A DNA stretch of 64,000 bases from Blasia pusilla (lineage: Eukaryota), in the NCBI GenBank assembly GCA_050084515.1, contig CM114271.1:14756001-14820000 (forward strand), read 5' to 3'. This document shows positions 36,857 through 51,246 of this stretch, one piece after another; positions within the stretch are counted from its first letter, which is position 1, and the number at the start of each line of letters is the position of its first letter. Under the pieces are notes generated by a model that had not been told where the DNA came from, did not search any database, and was given only the letters and a program-made list of their open reading frames with translations. Made by a program: the position numbers and the translations under genes.

Positions 36857-37301
36857 GTCAAAAAAACACACTCTCCTAATGAGAGGCTTGGATTACTCAC
36901 AAGACAAGGAGAACCATAGCTCTGCCGCCTCATGCCAAGAGGTTCAACAAAGAGAGAATGAGCTCCAAAGCTCTCTCTCCTTGGGTATACTAGTTTCCCT
37001 TCCCAAACTCTCTTCACGATAACATATGCTCGCACGTCATCTCCTTGACTCTTGATTTGCCGTAGGGGGTCAAGGGCCACTTACCAAAGTGGAAAGTTGA
37101 ATCTACTCAAAATGGTAACTTATTTGAAATAGTAAATTTCTCTACGTGGCTCCAATTGAGCTGAAACGAAGGGAAAACCTACTCTCACAAGTTACCCACA
37201 TGGCCTCAACATGTCATCCTTGACCTCTTGAGGCTTTCCTCCACTATCCTTAAAGGTGCTCTACTATAGACTCGTCGATCTATCCTAAAAGACGTGACAA
37301 T

Positions 37302-40103
37302 TGTCGTGCGCATACATATCGCCAACAACATGTATCGCTTTCACCGAATATAAATACAAACACACAAGATTCCATGCTAACTTATGACATCCAAACTTCG
37401 AGACGATCAAGTACGAAAATATCTCCAATCGCCCCCCTAGTTGGTGATTAGATCCCTCTAACTCGAGATAGCCATCTATCCCTACCTACCATGACATACA
37501 TCTTTAGGACGCTAAGAGCAAAAAGGTTGGGTGCTCATATGGCCCTATCGTTAGTCGCGTTCTTGTCATCCATGTCACAGACACAAGTCAGAATCTATAC
37601 CTACCTAGTATCTAATCTATGTACATATGGGGCACATCCATCGTCCCCGAGGAATCAAAGTGAGAGGTGACATCAGACAAGCCATATTCCACCCTCTCAA
37701 ACACCGATCATAGACTAGCATAGTAGTTGCATAATGGGCAAAACCACACAATATACAACATAAGCCTCTAGAAACTACTGGTAAGCTTGGATCAACTATA
37801 CTATGAATGTTAGGTAGGTGACATGACGTACAGTTACGCACATGGTCCTTTCAAACCATACCATCACGTCTCTCCAATGAGAAAACACCGATTGGAAAAA
37901 CATCTTGCACTCTCAAAATAGTACGTCATGCGATCAAATCCAGAGTCGTAGTTGTCGTTTGCTGCAAGTGGACATAATCTCCCTGATGAAAATTTTGGAC
38001 AATTGGTCGATAACCACCTCCCCGAATAGGAACATGCCTCAACGTCTCCCGATGTTGCGCAATCACCAAGTTCTTAAATGCCATGGGTATCTGTCTCTGA
38101 AACAACTCAATCCTCTAAAAATATGCATGCTTGCATCCATACATCAGAATCATCGAGGTTCAACACCTCACTAGCATCTTGAAGAGAAATCTGGCTCTTG
38201 GGCATAAAGCAACAAGTACGGCAAGAAAGACGCTAAGGATGCATGTCTGCGGAATTTGTATCCCATTGCCAACCACGACAACTATAGGTCCTAATCTCCC
38301 AAGTAACCTCTTTGCAAGCCATACTTGTATAAACTTCTCATCACCGTCTGCACAACCCTTTCTACTAGTCCATCTGCCTCAGGATGATCTTGCAAAGTGG
38401 TGCGGTGGTCAATCAGCGCAAGGCTTGAAACTCCCCGCAAAACTCCGTACCATGGTCTGTCAACACCTCATAATGACTCAGCATTCGATCTAGGAAGGTA
38501 TACGCTACTCCCTTGCTCGCTTTGTCAAGCAATGCAACCAATTCTATCCACTTTGAGAAATGCTCAACCATCACCAACACATAACCACAATGGTGCTTTG
38601 TCAAAGGTAAAGGTCCTACAAAATCCAAACTTCATCGATAACCTAGACCCATGATCTGAAGTGGATGCAACTATGGACTCAGGACATTCAACGATACCTG
38701 GAACCAATCACACACCATGCACTTATCAACAAACTGTTGAACATGAGTCTACATACCTTGCCACCAATATTGTATTTGGAGCAAGCTCTATATCTCCTTC
38801 ACTCCAACACATAATCACTATGGCGCTTTGTCAAAGATTAAGGTCCTCCAAAATACAAACTCCATCAATAATCTAAACCCATGATCGGCAATGGATGCAA
38901 CAATGGAGTTGGAACATTCAACGATGCTCGGACCCAATCATACACCATGCACTTGGCAAAAAATTGTTGATCAACAATCTGCATGTCTCGCCACCAATAT
39001 TGTATATGGAGCAAGCTCTACATCTCCTTTACTAAAAAAAATGACAGAATTTATTGTGGGCATGGTGCACCAAACATGCTCTCTACGACGGATGGGGCAC
39101 TACACGTACTCTACCATCCTCCCAAACTTGCAACACATGCGTCCCCCCCCCCCATTGAAACCATCTGGCTCATTGAAGGATCGGATCCCGCTCTCTAGCA
39201 CCCGCTGTGCTCGCGACGCTGCTTGTACGCAAGTACTCCAAGACTACTCCATCCTCCTGAATATCTCAGCCATCTGTTGCCTCCTTACCGGCCTCTCGAT
39301 CTAAGGACTCTTTATCAAACCTCGCTATCAAAGTCTCAATACTCTAGCTCTCCATACCCAACAAGGCTGAACAATCCCAAATAGGTTGACTCTTGCCATG
39401 TAGGCACTTATTCCTTATCACTCTCTCCATGCCAACGAGTTCCAATCGGATCTCGCTAACTCGAGCATGGGTTACCGCTAAAACCATCGGCATCCTGGTT
39501 GAGCATCTGAGGTCGATGTACTACCTGGAAATCATACTCCTACAACAATAGAGTCCATCTTGCAAGCTTCTCCGTAAGTTTGTCAAACTCCATCAACCAC
39601 TTAAGTGGTTGATGATCAGTAATGATGGTGAAGGGATTGCTTAATAAGTAACATTTAGAATGCGCAACAACCGACACTGAAGCCAAGCACTCACCCTCAT
39701 ACTAGCTATGCTTTGTCCTTGTAGCATTGTTCGAGCGACTAGGGTAAGCCACCATAAACTCTCTACCCTCATCGTCATATTGGGTGAGCACCGCTCTAAG
39801 CCCCAACATACTCAAATCCGTATGCAACTAGAAAGGACGCCCCTTGATAGGTCTCCTCAATAAGGGCTCGGACGTCAACTGTCCTTGAGCAGCTAAAATG
39901 CTCTCTCCTACTCATCCCCCTAGTGCCACTCATTATCCACCTTGGTCAGCAAGGTTAACGGCTGCGCAATCGAACTAAAATCCTTAACGCACTATCGATA
40001 AAAATTCGCCAGTCCCATGAATGCATAAACTCAACTCACATCTCGAGGACCTGGAATTCCTGAGATAGCCTCTACCTTTGTTTATTGAACCCCAAGGCCA
40101 CCT
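37302..40103 (-). mobile_element. 3' part of a PHD-finger Gypsy (RNase H, integrase, PHD, PPT, short LTR)
   Basis: MDFVGPLP...VMVEHFSKW...LTDHGTEF. Degenerate PHD at 37617-37841. PPT AGGGGGGCGA. LTR 37302-37427. Colinear with 55871-58470. Confidence 0.88.
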
Positions 40104-43100
40104 CAGGGGTACGGGGGCTGGCCCCCTTGTTACGGTATAGATATTGGTTTTGTGCCTATTTAGTTGAAGCCATTTTAGAATTTCATTGTTATTTTGCGTG
40201 TGCGGCTTTAGGCTTGGGAGAGAGTCTTGGAGAGCTCGTGATGTAAAGCGACCTTAGAGTGTTTGATCGTGGATATAGCTTCCGCACGCGAAGTAAACCA
40301 TGTAAATTTCGTGTGATTTATGAGTGATTTTCCAATTTCTTTCAACAATTGGTATCAAAGCGCAAGTAAGGAAATTTTGTGATGGCAGGAAAGATTTTCA
40401 ATGCAATGTTTGAGGTGGAGAAATTCAATGGGAAAAACAATTTTGGGTTGTGGCAATTGAAGGTGAGAGACTTGTTGCTTCAGCAAGGATTGCACAAGGC
40501 GTTGGAGAAGAGACCGATGGACAAGATTGGTATAGAATGGGATGACATTGATTAGAGAGTTGCTAGTATAATTCGTTTGAATATTGCAGACGAGGTTTTT
40601 TATAATGTCATGAATGAAGTTGTGGGAAAATTTACAGAGCCTATACATGACAAAGTCTTTGACAAGTCGATTGTACTTGAAGCATAATTTGTACACTCTG
40701 TGTATGAAAGAAAGAAAGAAATCAGATGGAGCATCTAAACGCTTTCAATCAAGTCATTTGTGAGCTATCCAGTATGAAGGGTAAAACTAGAAGATGAAGA
40801 TAAAGCGTTGCTATTTTTTACTTCCTTGCCTAGTTCTTTTGAGCAACTAGTTACTACTCTATCATATATATGGTAAAGATACAATAGAGTTGGATGAAAT
40901 CACTACAACATTTTTATCTAATGAGTTTAGAAAGATGTTGAGCAGTGAGGAGAAAAACTCAGAGGCTCTCGTTGCTCGAAGTAGGCCAACTGATAGGAGT
41001 CAAAGCAGAGGCAGATATAGGTCGAAGGCTCAATCTAGCAATAGTAATGGGAAAGGTGAATGTTGGACCTTTAGAAAGGTAAACCACATGAAGAAAGATT
41101 GTACAGACGGCCAAAGAAAGGACCCACCAAGGAACGTACATAGAGAGAAAGCTTAGACCTTTGAACAAGCTAGCGTAGCAGAGTCAGATGGAGATGATTA
41201 TGTATTGATTATAATTTCTGGAAGAGATATCTTCCATGATGCATGGATTATGGATTATGGTTGCTCTTATCACATGTGTCGTCACAAAGAATGCTTCAAT
41301 ACATATCGCAATTAGGCTGGTGGAACTGTCTTGATGGGGAACGACATGCCATGCAAGATAGTAGGGATTGGTTGTGTTTGTATCAAGATGTTTGATGGGA
41401 CTATTTGAATGTTGACTGAGGTACGACATGTCTCAAATTTGTGGAAGAACTTGATTTCTCTTGGTGTGTTGGACGATGATGGCTGCAAATGGGTAGCGAA
41501 GAGTGGAGTTCTAAAAGTTTCAAAAGGAGCCTTGATCTTGATGAAGGGTAATAAGATTGGAACCTTGTACAACCTTGAAGGGAAAATAATTGTAGGTGGA
41601 GCTGTAGTAGCATCCACAGCAGATGGAGATGTAGCAGATATGACATAATTGTGGCACCTACGATTGGGTCATATGAGCGAACATGGACTGAGGGAGCTGT
41701 CAAAACATGAGTTGCTCTAAGGAGTGAAGTCTTGTAATTTGGATTACTATAAGCATTGCATATTTGGAAAACAACGTAAAGTGAGCTTCAATAGTGGTAT
41801 ACATCGGACAGAGGGAGCTTTGGATTACATACATATAGATGTATGGGGTCTTGCAGTTTTTGCTTCTCAATCAAGAGCGATGTATTTTTTCATCTTTATA
41901 GATGATTATTCTAGAAGGGTGTGGATTTACTTTTTGTAGAAGAAATCGTAGGTATTCTCTATCTTCACAGAATAAAAGACAATGGTAGAGAAGCTCATAA
42001 GATCAAGTGCATCCAATCTTACAATCGTGCATGGAGAGTATCGGTCAAAAGATCAAGTGCATATAATCTGACAATGGTGCATGGAGAGTATCGGTTTAGG
42101 AAAGTCAAAATTTTTTGTAAGGAGGCAGACATTATTCGTCATTTCATCATTCTTGGTACACCTCAAATTAATTGGAGTGGCAGAGCGGTGTCGTATCGAG
42201 AGCCTTTCTTCGAGTAAGGGCGGGCCTTCTAGCTACGGCAGACGTGGTCGATGCAAGGTGAACTCTCTAAGAAGTTATCCTTTTTCAATACAAAATTATT
42301 ATGTATACTCTCCATTCTCTCACGACAAGTATCACAAATGGAAGTGCCGATGCGATCACTTCTTCGTAACATTGGACCCCAAATTTCCTAACTATAAAAT
42401 CCTTATAAACTACTTTACGCTTGTACACGAGGAAGATAGCACAACTAGTGTTAAACCTTACTTGAGCATGCCTATTGACGTCCATGGATCGCTATATAAG
42501 GACATACAAAATACAATCCCATGCCCTCCATATATGACGATAGGAAGCATCACTGGAGTTGGAGATTGCATGACCTGGTCCATGAACGCCTCCCCAAAGT
42601 GATAAACTAAATAGCGAGTGAACCAATGCCTATCTACAAAGAGTACCTTGACATGATAAGGATTGAGGAAAGGAAAGTCGGGCACAACTCGTGCTCCACC
42701 CCTATCCATGCTTGACAGGCATTCTCTACTCTCCTCAAGAATGGGCTTTGGCGGAATTATTCTCCCAAAAAGGATAATCCACTCTCATTGGGAAAATAAC
42801 AAGCCAAGACATTCACTATTTTAGTATGACTAAAATCCTCTAATGTGACAAGCCTCTCATCTCCATACACACCACACTCTAGGAACCTCTCAAAGAATAG
42901 ACTATGGTCAAGTTACTCTCCCAAGAGGGATGATCTAATTGGAAGAGCAAGGAATCCCAAAGTCATACACTCAAGAGTGACACGAGAGACTCAAGATGTG
43001 AAGTAGAAGGTGATGAACCCTTGAAGGTCCCATCCTCTTTATATACTCACAAGGGATCCACAAGAGTACAAAATAGAGCTAATCTTATCTTGTGCCATAT

Positions 43101-44545
43101 GGCTTCCTCTCAAGCCTTAGCCAATCACATTTTGACATAAGTAGATTTTCTCTTATCTCTTCCAAAATATCCTCTTTTACCCACTTGATATTTTCCAAAT
43201 TATTCCAACTACCCTATCCACCAACCAAAACTACTTTTGCTTTTCATTAAAGCACCAACCTTGCTACTTTACTCTTATAAAGTCATCTTTTATTTATTAC
43301 CTCCTTTTCCTAAAGTTGGGCCCGCATAAAAAGGCACCATAAAGAGGTTTAAACATGGGAATTTTTTTCCTAAGCTAATTTACTTAACACTAATAAAATT
43401 CTAATATAATACTTAATGAGGAAGGAGTTTACACACTGGCTGATTTTACTATACGACAACGGATGAATCAAAGACTATCGGAGAGAGCACGTAGTATGTT
43501 GAGCAATGTAGGAATAAAGAAAAGCTTCTAGGCACAAGCTGTAAATACTGCTTGTTATCTGATAAATCTATCTCCTACTATTGCTATTGGATGTAAAACT
43601 CCTATTGAGTTGTGGCATGGTACTCTTCAAATTACTCTTTTCTTAGAGTGTCTGGATGCTCGATATATATTCATGTTCATGTTCAAAGGCTAGAAAGTGT
43701 ATCTTTCTAGGATATCAGAAGGGAGTGAAAGGGTATAGATCATGGGACCCTAGTACGTGCAAGATTGTTGTGAGTAGAGATGTGTCCTTTGATGATAAGG
43801 CAATGTTGAAGATTCATATTTCAAGTGAGGTAAGAGATCAAAGTCCAATGTCTGAGGCTATAAAATAAGAGGTAGACATTAGTGATAGGATTGCCTCAGA
43901 ATCAGAGCCTCAAAGTCCTGTTGAAGTTAAGATTGCACCGCAGCTTTGCAAGTCAGATAGACCTAGGAGACCCCCCGAACATTTGAGTTTTTCGAGTTCA
44001 GATGCAATTGCCTTTGCCCTTCTTACAGAGAATGGCGAGCCTTCCTGCCACAAAGAGGCCTTGGAGGTCCAGGACTGGTCAAGGTGGATATTTGCCATGG
44101 AGTAAGAGATGGAGTCTCCTCAATATAATCACACTTGGGACTTAGTGCAATTGCCTAAGGACAAGAAGGCAATTGGATGCAGATGGGTGTATTGGAGGAA
44201 GGAATGACTTCCTCAGACTAGTGAAGATAGATTCAATGCGAGACTTGTGGCAAAGGAATATGCCCAAAGGGAAGGTATTGACTTCAATGATATTTTCTCA
44301 CTAGTGGTAAAGATTGCATCCATTTGTGTATTTCTAGGCATAGTAGATCTATATGACCAAGAGTTGGAGCAACTTGATGTTACAACTGCCTTCTTGCATG
44401 GAGAGCTTGAGGAGGAGATGTAAATGCAACACTTAGAGGGATTGGAAGTATAGGGGGAGGAGAACTTGGTGTGCAAATTGAAAAGTCCTTATACGGATTG
44501 AAGCAGAGTCCGAAACAATGGTATAAAAGATTCAATACATTTATG
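40104..44545 (+). mobile_element. Decayed Tnt1/Tork-like Copia (partial 5' LTR, PBS, gag-pol to mid-RT)
   Basis: LTR end TTCAACA at 40347. PBS TGGTATCAAAGC at 40350-40361. EVEKFNGKNNFGLW, FIDDYSRRVW, GVAER|MN split by a solo LTR, LDVTTAFLHGEL. Confidence 0.9.
42189..43458 (-). mobile_element. Solo LTR, second copy of 20520-21797
   Basis: Reverse-complement match. Flanks GCGG/ACGG (4-bp TSD, 1 mismatch). Inserted in the Copia integrase. Confidence 0.9.
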
Positions 44546-44549
44546 AGAA

Positions 44550-47547
44550 TAGATGGGTATATTCATACTTGTCCAACTTTCTCATCTTTAGCTCAAATAT
44601 GGCCCATATGGTCTCCGAGATGCATGTAGCACTCTTGCCAAGTTTTCAAGCAAAATGGAGTTGGGAGCAAAATCTCAATAATTGGTAAGTCCTTTTTGGA
44701 TCTGAACCATCAAACCTTGAATGAAAATAGGGCTTTTTTTCATTTTTCATCTTGTCCAACTTTCCCATTTTGAGCTAAAATTTTGGCCCTCATGGTCCAC
44801 AAGGTGCATGTTTCACTCTTGCCAAGTTTCAAGAAAAATGGAGTTGTGAGAAAAACCTACAAATTAATAATTGAAAAACCTCACAAATTAATAACCGATT
44901 TCATGTTATCCAAATTTTCCATCTTGAGCTGAGATTTGGCCCACATGGTCTCCAAGCTGTATCTTGTAGTCTTGCCAAGTTTCACCAAAAATGGAGTTGT
45001 GACCAAAACCTCAAAAATAGGTAAGTACGTTTTGGAACTTTTGGCCCCGAACCCTTAAACCTTCAATGAAAAGAAGGTTTTTTCATTTTTCATCATGTCC
45101 AACTTTCCCAAGTTATCTTTGTAGCACTCTTGCAAAGTTTTGAGCAAAAGGGAGTTGTGACCACGAGCTCAAAATCACACTTACCAATTTTACCTTCAAT
45201 ATAAAAATCAATGTTTTATTATCAAGAAGGTTATAAAAAGGAATGTCATAAAAATGACATTCTTACAATAGTCAACACAAAACAAGTTTGCTACAACTAT
45301 CTACTAATCCGTCTCACTAAATTCATTAGGTCTATGCTTGGGTCCGGTGGATTATATAAGATGTAAGCGGTAATTTGGCGGCTCAATATTTCGAAGTCGG
45401 GTGGATCGGCGACGAGTTACTATTGCAATTGTTTCATCATCGGAGGAAATGTATGAGCTATCCATGCCATGATTGATGGGTTGAGAATTTGGAACCATAG
45501 GTATGAGAACATCATTATCATTAGGCTCATCAACTAAGTCCACCGTTTCAACGCTCAAAGATTGTGGAGGAGAATCTCGCATAGGTTCACTAGACTCGGT
45601 GGAATAATTATGAACTCCTACTAGTTGCAACAATTTGAGGGTTGTAGGTTGTGTTAGGAGAAGTACTTGGCAGCTTGGATTCGCTTGAAGTCCTCCGTTG
45701 TTGCTCTTACTCGTGCTCTCGAATCCAATGTTCCATTTGAGCATCATCTTTGTCTCTTCCAAGCCCCTCGGAGTCAAATTTTTTAGTGTTGCCGATATGA
45801 GTATCCTCTCTCCCTTTGATGCCATGAATTCCGCATATCACATCTGCCTCCTCTAGGTCCTCATCTTGCAATTCAAGGTTATCTTCATGATTACCATCAC
45901 GATTTCTTGCATGCAAGCTAGATTCACTCCCATCTTCTACCACCCTTCTAGCTTGTTCTTCTCCATCCCTTTCATAAAAGTATTGCTCATTCAAGAGCGC
46001 TTGTCTTGATTTTCGAGAAACACCCTTGTCTCCCAACCGTGAGTTTGTGTAGATGTACACCAAATCCCTTGGCATGCTCGTTGGTCAATTTATTCATGTG
46101 CTTGTTGTGGATGAAACCATAACTACTCCAATTTCTCTACGTTGAAGAAGATGAAACCACTTGTGCTATAATGGACTTAGCCACATAACGCAATGTTGGT
46201 GCATCTTAATTGTACATGCTCCACCAATCAAAGGGGCCAAGTGAATCAAAAATTTCCCTACCAAACTCATCCACAAATAGTTCCTGATGGTTCACAATAT
46301 TGCCCAACTCTCGCAAGCAAGTAGCCACATAAGAATTTGCTTCGGTGACATTGAGGCCATGCACCCCCTTTGCATAAAGTTTCAGATATTGTTTGAAATC
46401 TCTTAGGCACTCAGCATTTGAAGTGATGTCTTGAACACTATCAACAAGATTATAAGGGGCGAGAATGTAGCCTATTGCATGTAACTTGTTGTGGATAAGT
46501 GTCCACCGCCTAGAAATAACATCGACCATCTCCGTAGCTCTAGACATTGTGACCAAATAACCGCGACGCCTTCCACCCACACCGAGCCATGGAGTTACAG
46601 GAAAAGAGTCTCTTCCATTATCTCAAAAATAAGGCGATAAATACACCTCGTCATTGCTTTATGACCATCACACTCTCTCAACAAAATAGTAGTTGGTTGA
46701 GCCGCAACAAACAACTCCTCACCCTCGATCCAATAATTATGATTGGCCATAGTAGTCTCAATCTCTCATGCCTTCTCCCTTTGCCTCGCATCCTTTCCAT
46801 TGAAATACTCCCTAAAAGCATTGGTGGCAACCATGGCATGGAACGCCTCCCTCAATTCTATGACGCGTCCCAACATGATAAAATTTATGGCAAAACATGT
46901 GTTTGCAAGAAGCAACAATTGTCTCTTCATCGGATTGCTTTCCATGAATTTGGCCATCACCCAAGTTCTAGTCTTCACAAATAATACCATCTCACGAGCT
47001 TGTGCAAAAATCCTGTCCATCCAAGGTCATTTACCCAACTCTTCGCAGACTAGATCAAGAGAATGTGACATGCCTACATCCCAAAGAATATGAGGGAATT
47101 GTGCTTTGGTAAGTTTCCCTGTTGCTCGCTCATTGCTAGCATTGTCTGTCACAAGTTACAACACATTCTCTGGATTGATGCGCATGATAGTCCTCTCTAG
47201 TGACTTGCCAACCATTCCCCCATTTGGGATTCCCCCTTGGTGTCTACCGACTCAATTATGACCTCACCTTATGGACACAAGACCATTATGTTCACTAAAG
47301 ACTCACTCCTCACATTGGTCCAAGAATCCGTTATGATCGTGGCCCCCAAACGCAAATTGTCCAATATGCCATCCACCTTTTTCTTCACCTTCCCCATATA
47401 TTTCTCAAGGAGGGTGGTGCGCAACAAATAGTAACTAGGACTTGAGTAACCCTTCACCTTTGTTGTCGCTAACACTGCTTGTTTGAAAGCATCTTGTCGT
47501 ACTACGTTGAATGGTATTCCACATTCGTAGAAATACTTCGTCCACAT
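44550..47547 (-). mobile_element. hAT transposon 3' part: decayed transposase plus subterminal repeats (44560-45190)
   Basis: FYECGIPFNVV, ITDSWTN, VTDNASNE, WWSMY, and SSS..RNWS..GFIH..N.L dimerisation motif. Repeated CTTGCCAAGTTT / AAAATGGAGTTG units. Confidence 0.88.
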
Positions 47548-47860
47548 TTTTTAAGATTGAGTTAGAGTCAAGCTTAGGAGACACCTGAACTGCTACATTT
47601 GGTATTCACACGAAGTAGGGAAGCTTAATCTTGGTTAGTCAGTTAAGCGCGATTATCTTAACTAGGGTTAGTTAATCACAGTTAGTCTAACTTGAGACTA
47701 TGGTTAAGATTAGGGTTAGGTATGCTTGTACATACCCTATATAATTGAGAAAGGGACCAACCTCCACTCATTCTCTCATTGCAAAAGTTTGTTCTCTATG
47801 GTGGTGTGTGAGTGTCAAAGTCGTTTCCAACCAGTTCTGCTTCTTTAGCAGTTTCCTACA
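47548..47860 (+). repeat. ~300-bp LTR-like repeat, with an inverted copy at ~51650-51932
   Basis: Shared CTTGTACATACCCTATATAATTGAGA core, TATA-like motif, CA end. Confidence 0.7.
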
Positions 47861-50800
47861 TATATAAGTGAGGGGGGTGTTTCTTGGTGCTGACTGGAGG
47901 GAGCAAAGATGAACTCTTCAACCTTCAGCGCATGAAAAGGTCGCTCAAGTGGCAAACGGCGCAGTCGTGGATGATAAAAAATAAGTATCCACTGAGATCG
48001 GCTTCAAATCAAGTCCGGGTATGTTCCAATTACAAATTGTTGATTTCTATTTTTTGTCCTTGTTTTATACTGTAGGTTGAGACATTCAACACGTCGAATT
48101 TCAACAGGTTTCTAAAATCCTATTGTAAGATGAAGTGCAACCCGTCGGAACCCGTCGGCTTGCAACAAGAATGATGCCTTAGTTGATAAGCAACCCGTCG
48201 GAACCTAACGAGTTGGATCTACATTACAGTGCTCATGAGCAACCCACGAGAATCCGATGGGTTGCAACTATGTTTCTGTCCAAGTTGTAGAGCAACACGT
48301 CGGTTTCTGACAGGTTGCAAGCTTCTTCCACCTTAAAGCTGACATCTTTTTGCACTTGTCTTGTGCACAGATGGAGCACTCCTATGTCTACTGTTTTGTG
48401 AGACCTTAGCACAATTTCCATATGTTTCAGATACCGGATACAGTAGATCCATGCTTAGATGGGTTCACGTTGGATAGCCTTTACTTGGAGGTACAGAGAA
48501 GTCACCTGCCCTCATGGAGACGCTCATGGAGCTCTGCTCGAGGTCGGGTGATTTGGTCTTCGAATTTGTAGGCTTATCAGGGGCGAATATCAGAGGTGCC
48601 TAGTAGAGTGGCAGGAACATTCTCAGCCTTGAGGGAAGGAAGGAACTTTTTGACGTGTACAAGGAGGCAAAGGCGGATTACAAAAGGCTGGTGGGAGTCT
48701 ATAACTCGCCTCCAAAGCCAAGTGCTCCAGCAGCAGAGCCATTGGTAGTGACATCATTGTCACTTCTAGTTATTCCAAAAATCAAGAGGGAAAGGTCGGA
48801 AGTCATTTGGGAAGAGCTCTCGGATGATGACGAGTGACTTCAATGGATTTATGGGGTTCAATCAATTCAAGCGTTTTGGAGTTGGGATTTAGTGGTTTTA
48901 AGCGGCGGAGCACATATTGATACTGGATGGATGTCACCTTGTAGAGCATGCAAGACTTATTGCCGGGGAAGGCGTTGGGACTCTTCTCATCATACATGGG
49001 ACTGATATGGTGTACCTAGGCGAGGGGGAGGGGCAAGGTATCAAATTCCCCTACATTCTCAATCCCCATCTACAATCGGTCAGAGGAGCCACTTGTATCC
49101 CAAGACATTCTTATTGTACACAAACCGAGGAGAGTTAGGAGTAAATTTATAGATGATGAAGTTGAAGAAATCATAGACTAGAGTTTATGGTTTCATTAAT
49201 CAAATGTAAATTTCCGAGTTTCCCTCGGATGTAATAAAGGACTTACAATTATTTTGAAACAAGTGTTCTTGAAGTGTTTTCTAACTTTTGGTGCTTCTGT
49301 GTCTGGTCAAGCGATTTCTCTCTACTGGAAGATCTTCATTTTGCAACCCGTCGGATTCTGACAAGTTGCTAACCAAAGGCCATGTTTGCATCTGGTTGGA
49401 TTCGGACAAGTTGTAAGAGTTGTCATTGTTTCTTCTCGTCTTATTTCTCCCTTCTGGGATATGTATGTGATCTTTTCCTCTTCCGGGACTCTCTTGCAAC
49501 CTTTTCTTAACCCTATTTTCAATCATCCAGTCAGGAAATCTGTCGGATTCCGACAAGTTGCATGTCAGGTTGATTGGATTCTTATCGTTTCATTCTCTTT
49601 CTTTTCTATTCTTCATTTGGCTCTTTTGCATTTTTCCACTTTTAACCTCCTCCAACCGGTCGGATTCTGAAAGGTTGGCTACTTGAGTGATTTTCTTTTC
49701 CTGTGAGTCTATCTTGTTAGCCATTCTAGCAGGCTTTTTCACTTTTGCCTCCTTCCCCCATTATCTTCAAACCAGTGTTCTCTAACGATTATTTTTTGAG
49801 ACCTATGGGATTCCGACAACTTGTCAGATTCCAACACGTTGCATAACTCAAGTTGATTGGCTACTCCGACACGTTGCATGAATCAGGTTGATTGGCTTCT
49901 AATCATTTCAGTTTTTTCTTTTCTATTCTTCATTTGGCTCTTTTGCATTTTTTCACTTTTGACGTCCGGCCTCCTGTACACTCTTGAAATCTGCCATAAT
50001 ACCAACCCAACTCTTCCATGCATGCCTACTCTTTGGTGACACTAGAAACATCTTATAGATTGATGCCACATCTTGCAAAAAGTTTGATTTCGACGGGTTG
50101 CAGAGGTTCAAACTTGTCTCTGGAAACCCTTGGTAACCACTTTGTTTGAGTTGTTTTATCTTGCAACTTGTCGGATTCCGACGGGTTGGAGGACAAAGCC
50201 AAAAAAGACACTACTTGCAACCTGTCGAATTTCGACACGTTGCAAGCGGTGTTAATGATTTCGTTTTCTTTCACACCAAGGACTTGTTTCTCTAAAGTGT
50301 TCCTCATGTTGTCATATCTTGCAACCTGTCGGATTCTGATGGGTTGCACGGCATAATGAAACCACTCGTCAAGATCCTTCTTCAAATGGATGTGAAGTTT
50401 CCATAACTTTGGAAGATGGCATGCAAGTTGGGGTGAATGTTAATCTCGTTTCCTCTCGCTCCCCCATTTTCTTCAAACCATACTTCCAAAAAATCCAATT
50501 TTTTGAGAGGTTGCAAGCTTCTCTCCTGTGATTCCCTTGCAGAAATGAATTCTTAACCCTGTCATTTTACTCAATTTATTACCGTATTTTTCAATTCATT
50601 CTTTGCAACTCCCAGCCTCCTCCTCGTTTCCTTCATTGTGTTGGCTTCCTTCACATGTGACATTTGTGTATATTCACAATTACCAAACACTCATCAACAC
50701 CCACCTAATAAAGGACATCATATTACCACTACTCCTTATCATTTACTCTGTCATGATTGGTTGTTAGATTTTCTCAAAGTGTTGGGGATGAGGGTGGGAG

Positions 50801-51246
50801 TCTTGGATAAAAAGCCCATAATAGTAATAAATATTGAGAAGTCTAACCCTTAAGTGCACTGTAGCGTATTTTCAGACACGGGGATGCAACTGGTTTTTAT
50901 TAGTAAATCACGGTTCTGAAAATACTTTTGTACTGAAAACATTCTCTCTACATGGTTATGTAATTATAATTAACCCTCTGGCTCGCTTACCCTTTTGCTG
51001 GCTCACAGTCCAAATTCAGAACCAAGTCTAGAAAAATGGGGTTAGTTTTGGCCCCAATCTGGTCCACTTGTTACTCTCTTGTAAAGATTTTTTGCATTTG
51101 AAAGGGAGTAAAATATATAGAAATGTCATGAAGTTTTGAAGAGAGGAGGCGGATTATGCCCTTTTTTTGAAGAGAGACTCTCCTCTCTTCCTCTCTTCCT
51201 CTCTTCCTCTCCTCTCTTACCCTCTCATGTCAGAAAACCATCCCCC
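47861..51246 (+). mobile_element. Decayed, inverted left-end copy of the ParB-MTase DNA transposon
   Basis: GSKDELFNLQRMKRSLKWQTAQSW, EKSPALMETLMELCSRSGDLVFEFVGLSG, SDDDE*. Same intron with decayed palindromes. ORF3 homologue. Terminus CCCCC at 51242-51246. Confidence 0.9.

Noticed and set aside
36856-37299. Possible 444-bp solo LTR (TGTCA...TGACA)
   Set aside because: No matching TSD and no second copy in the window.
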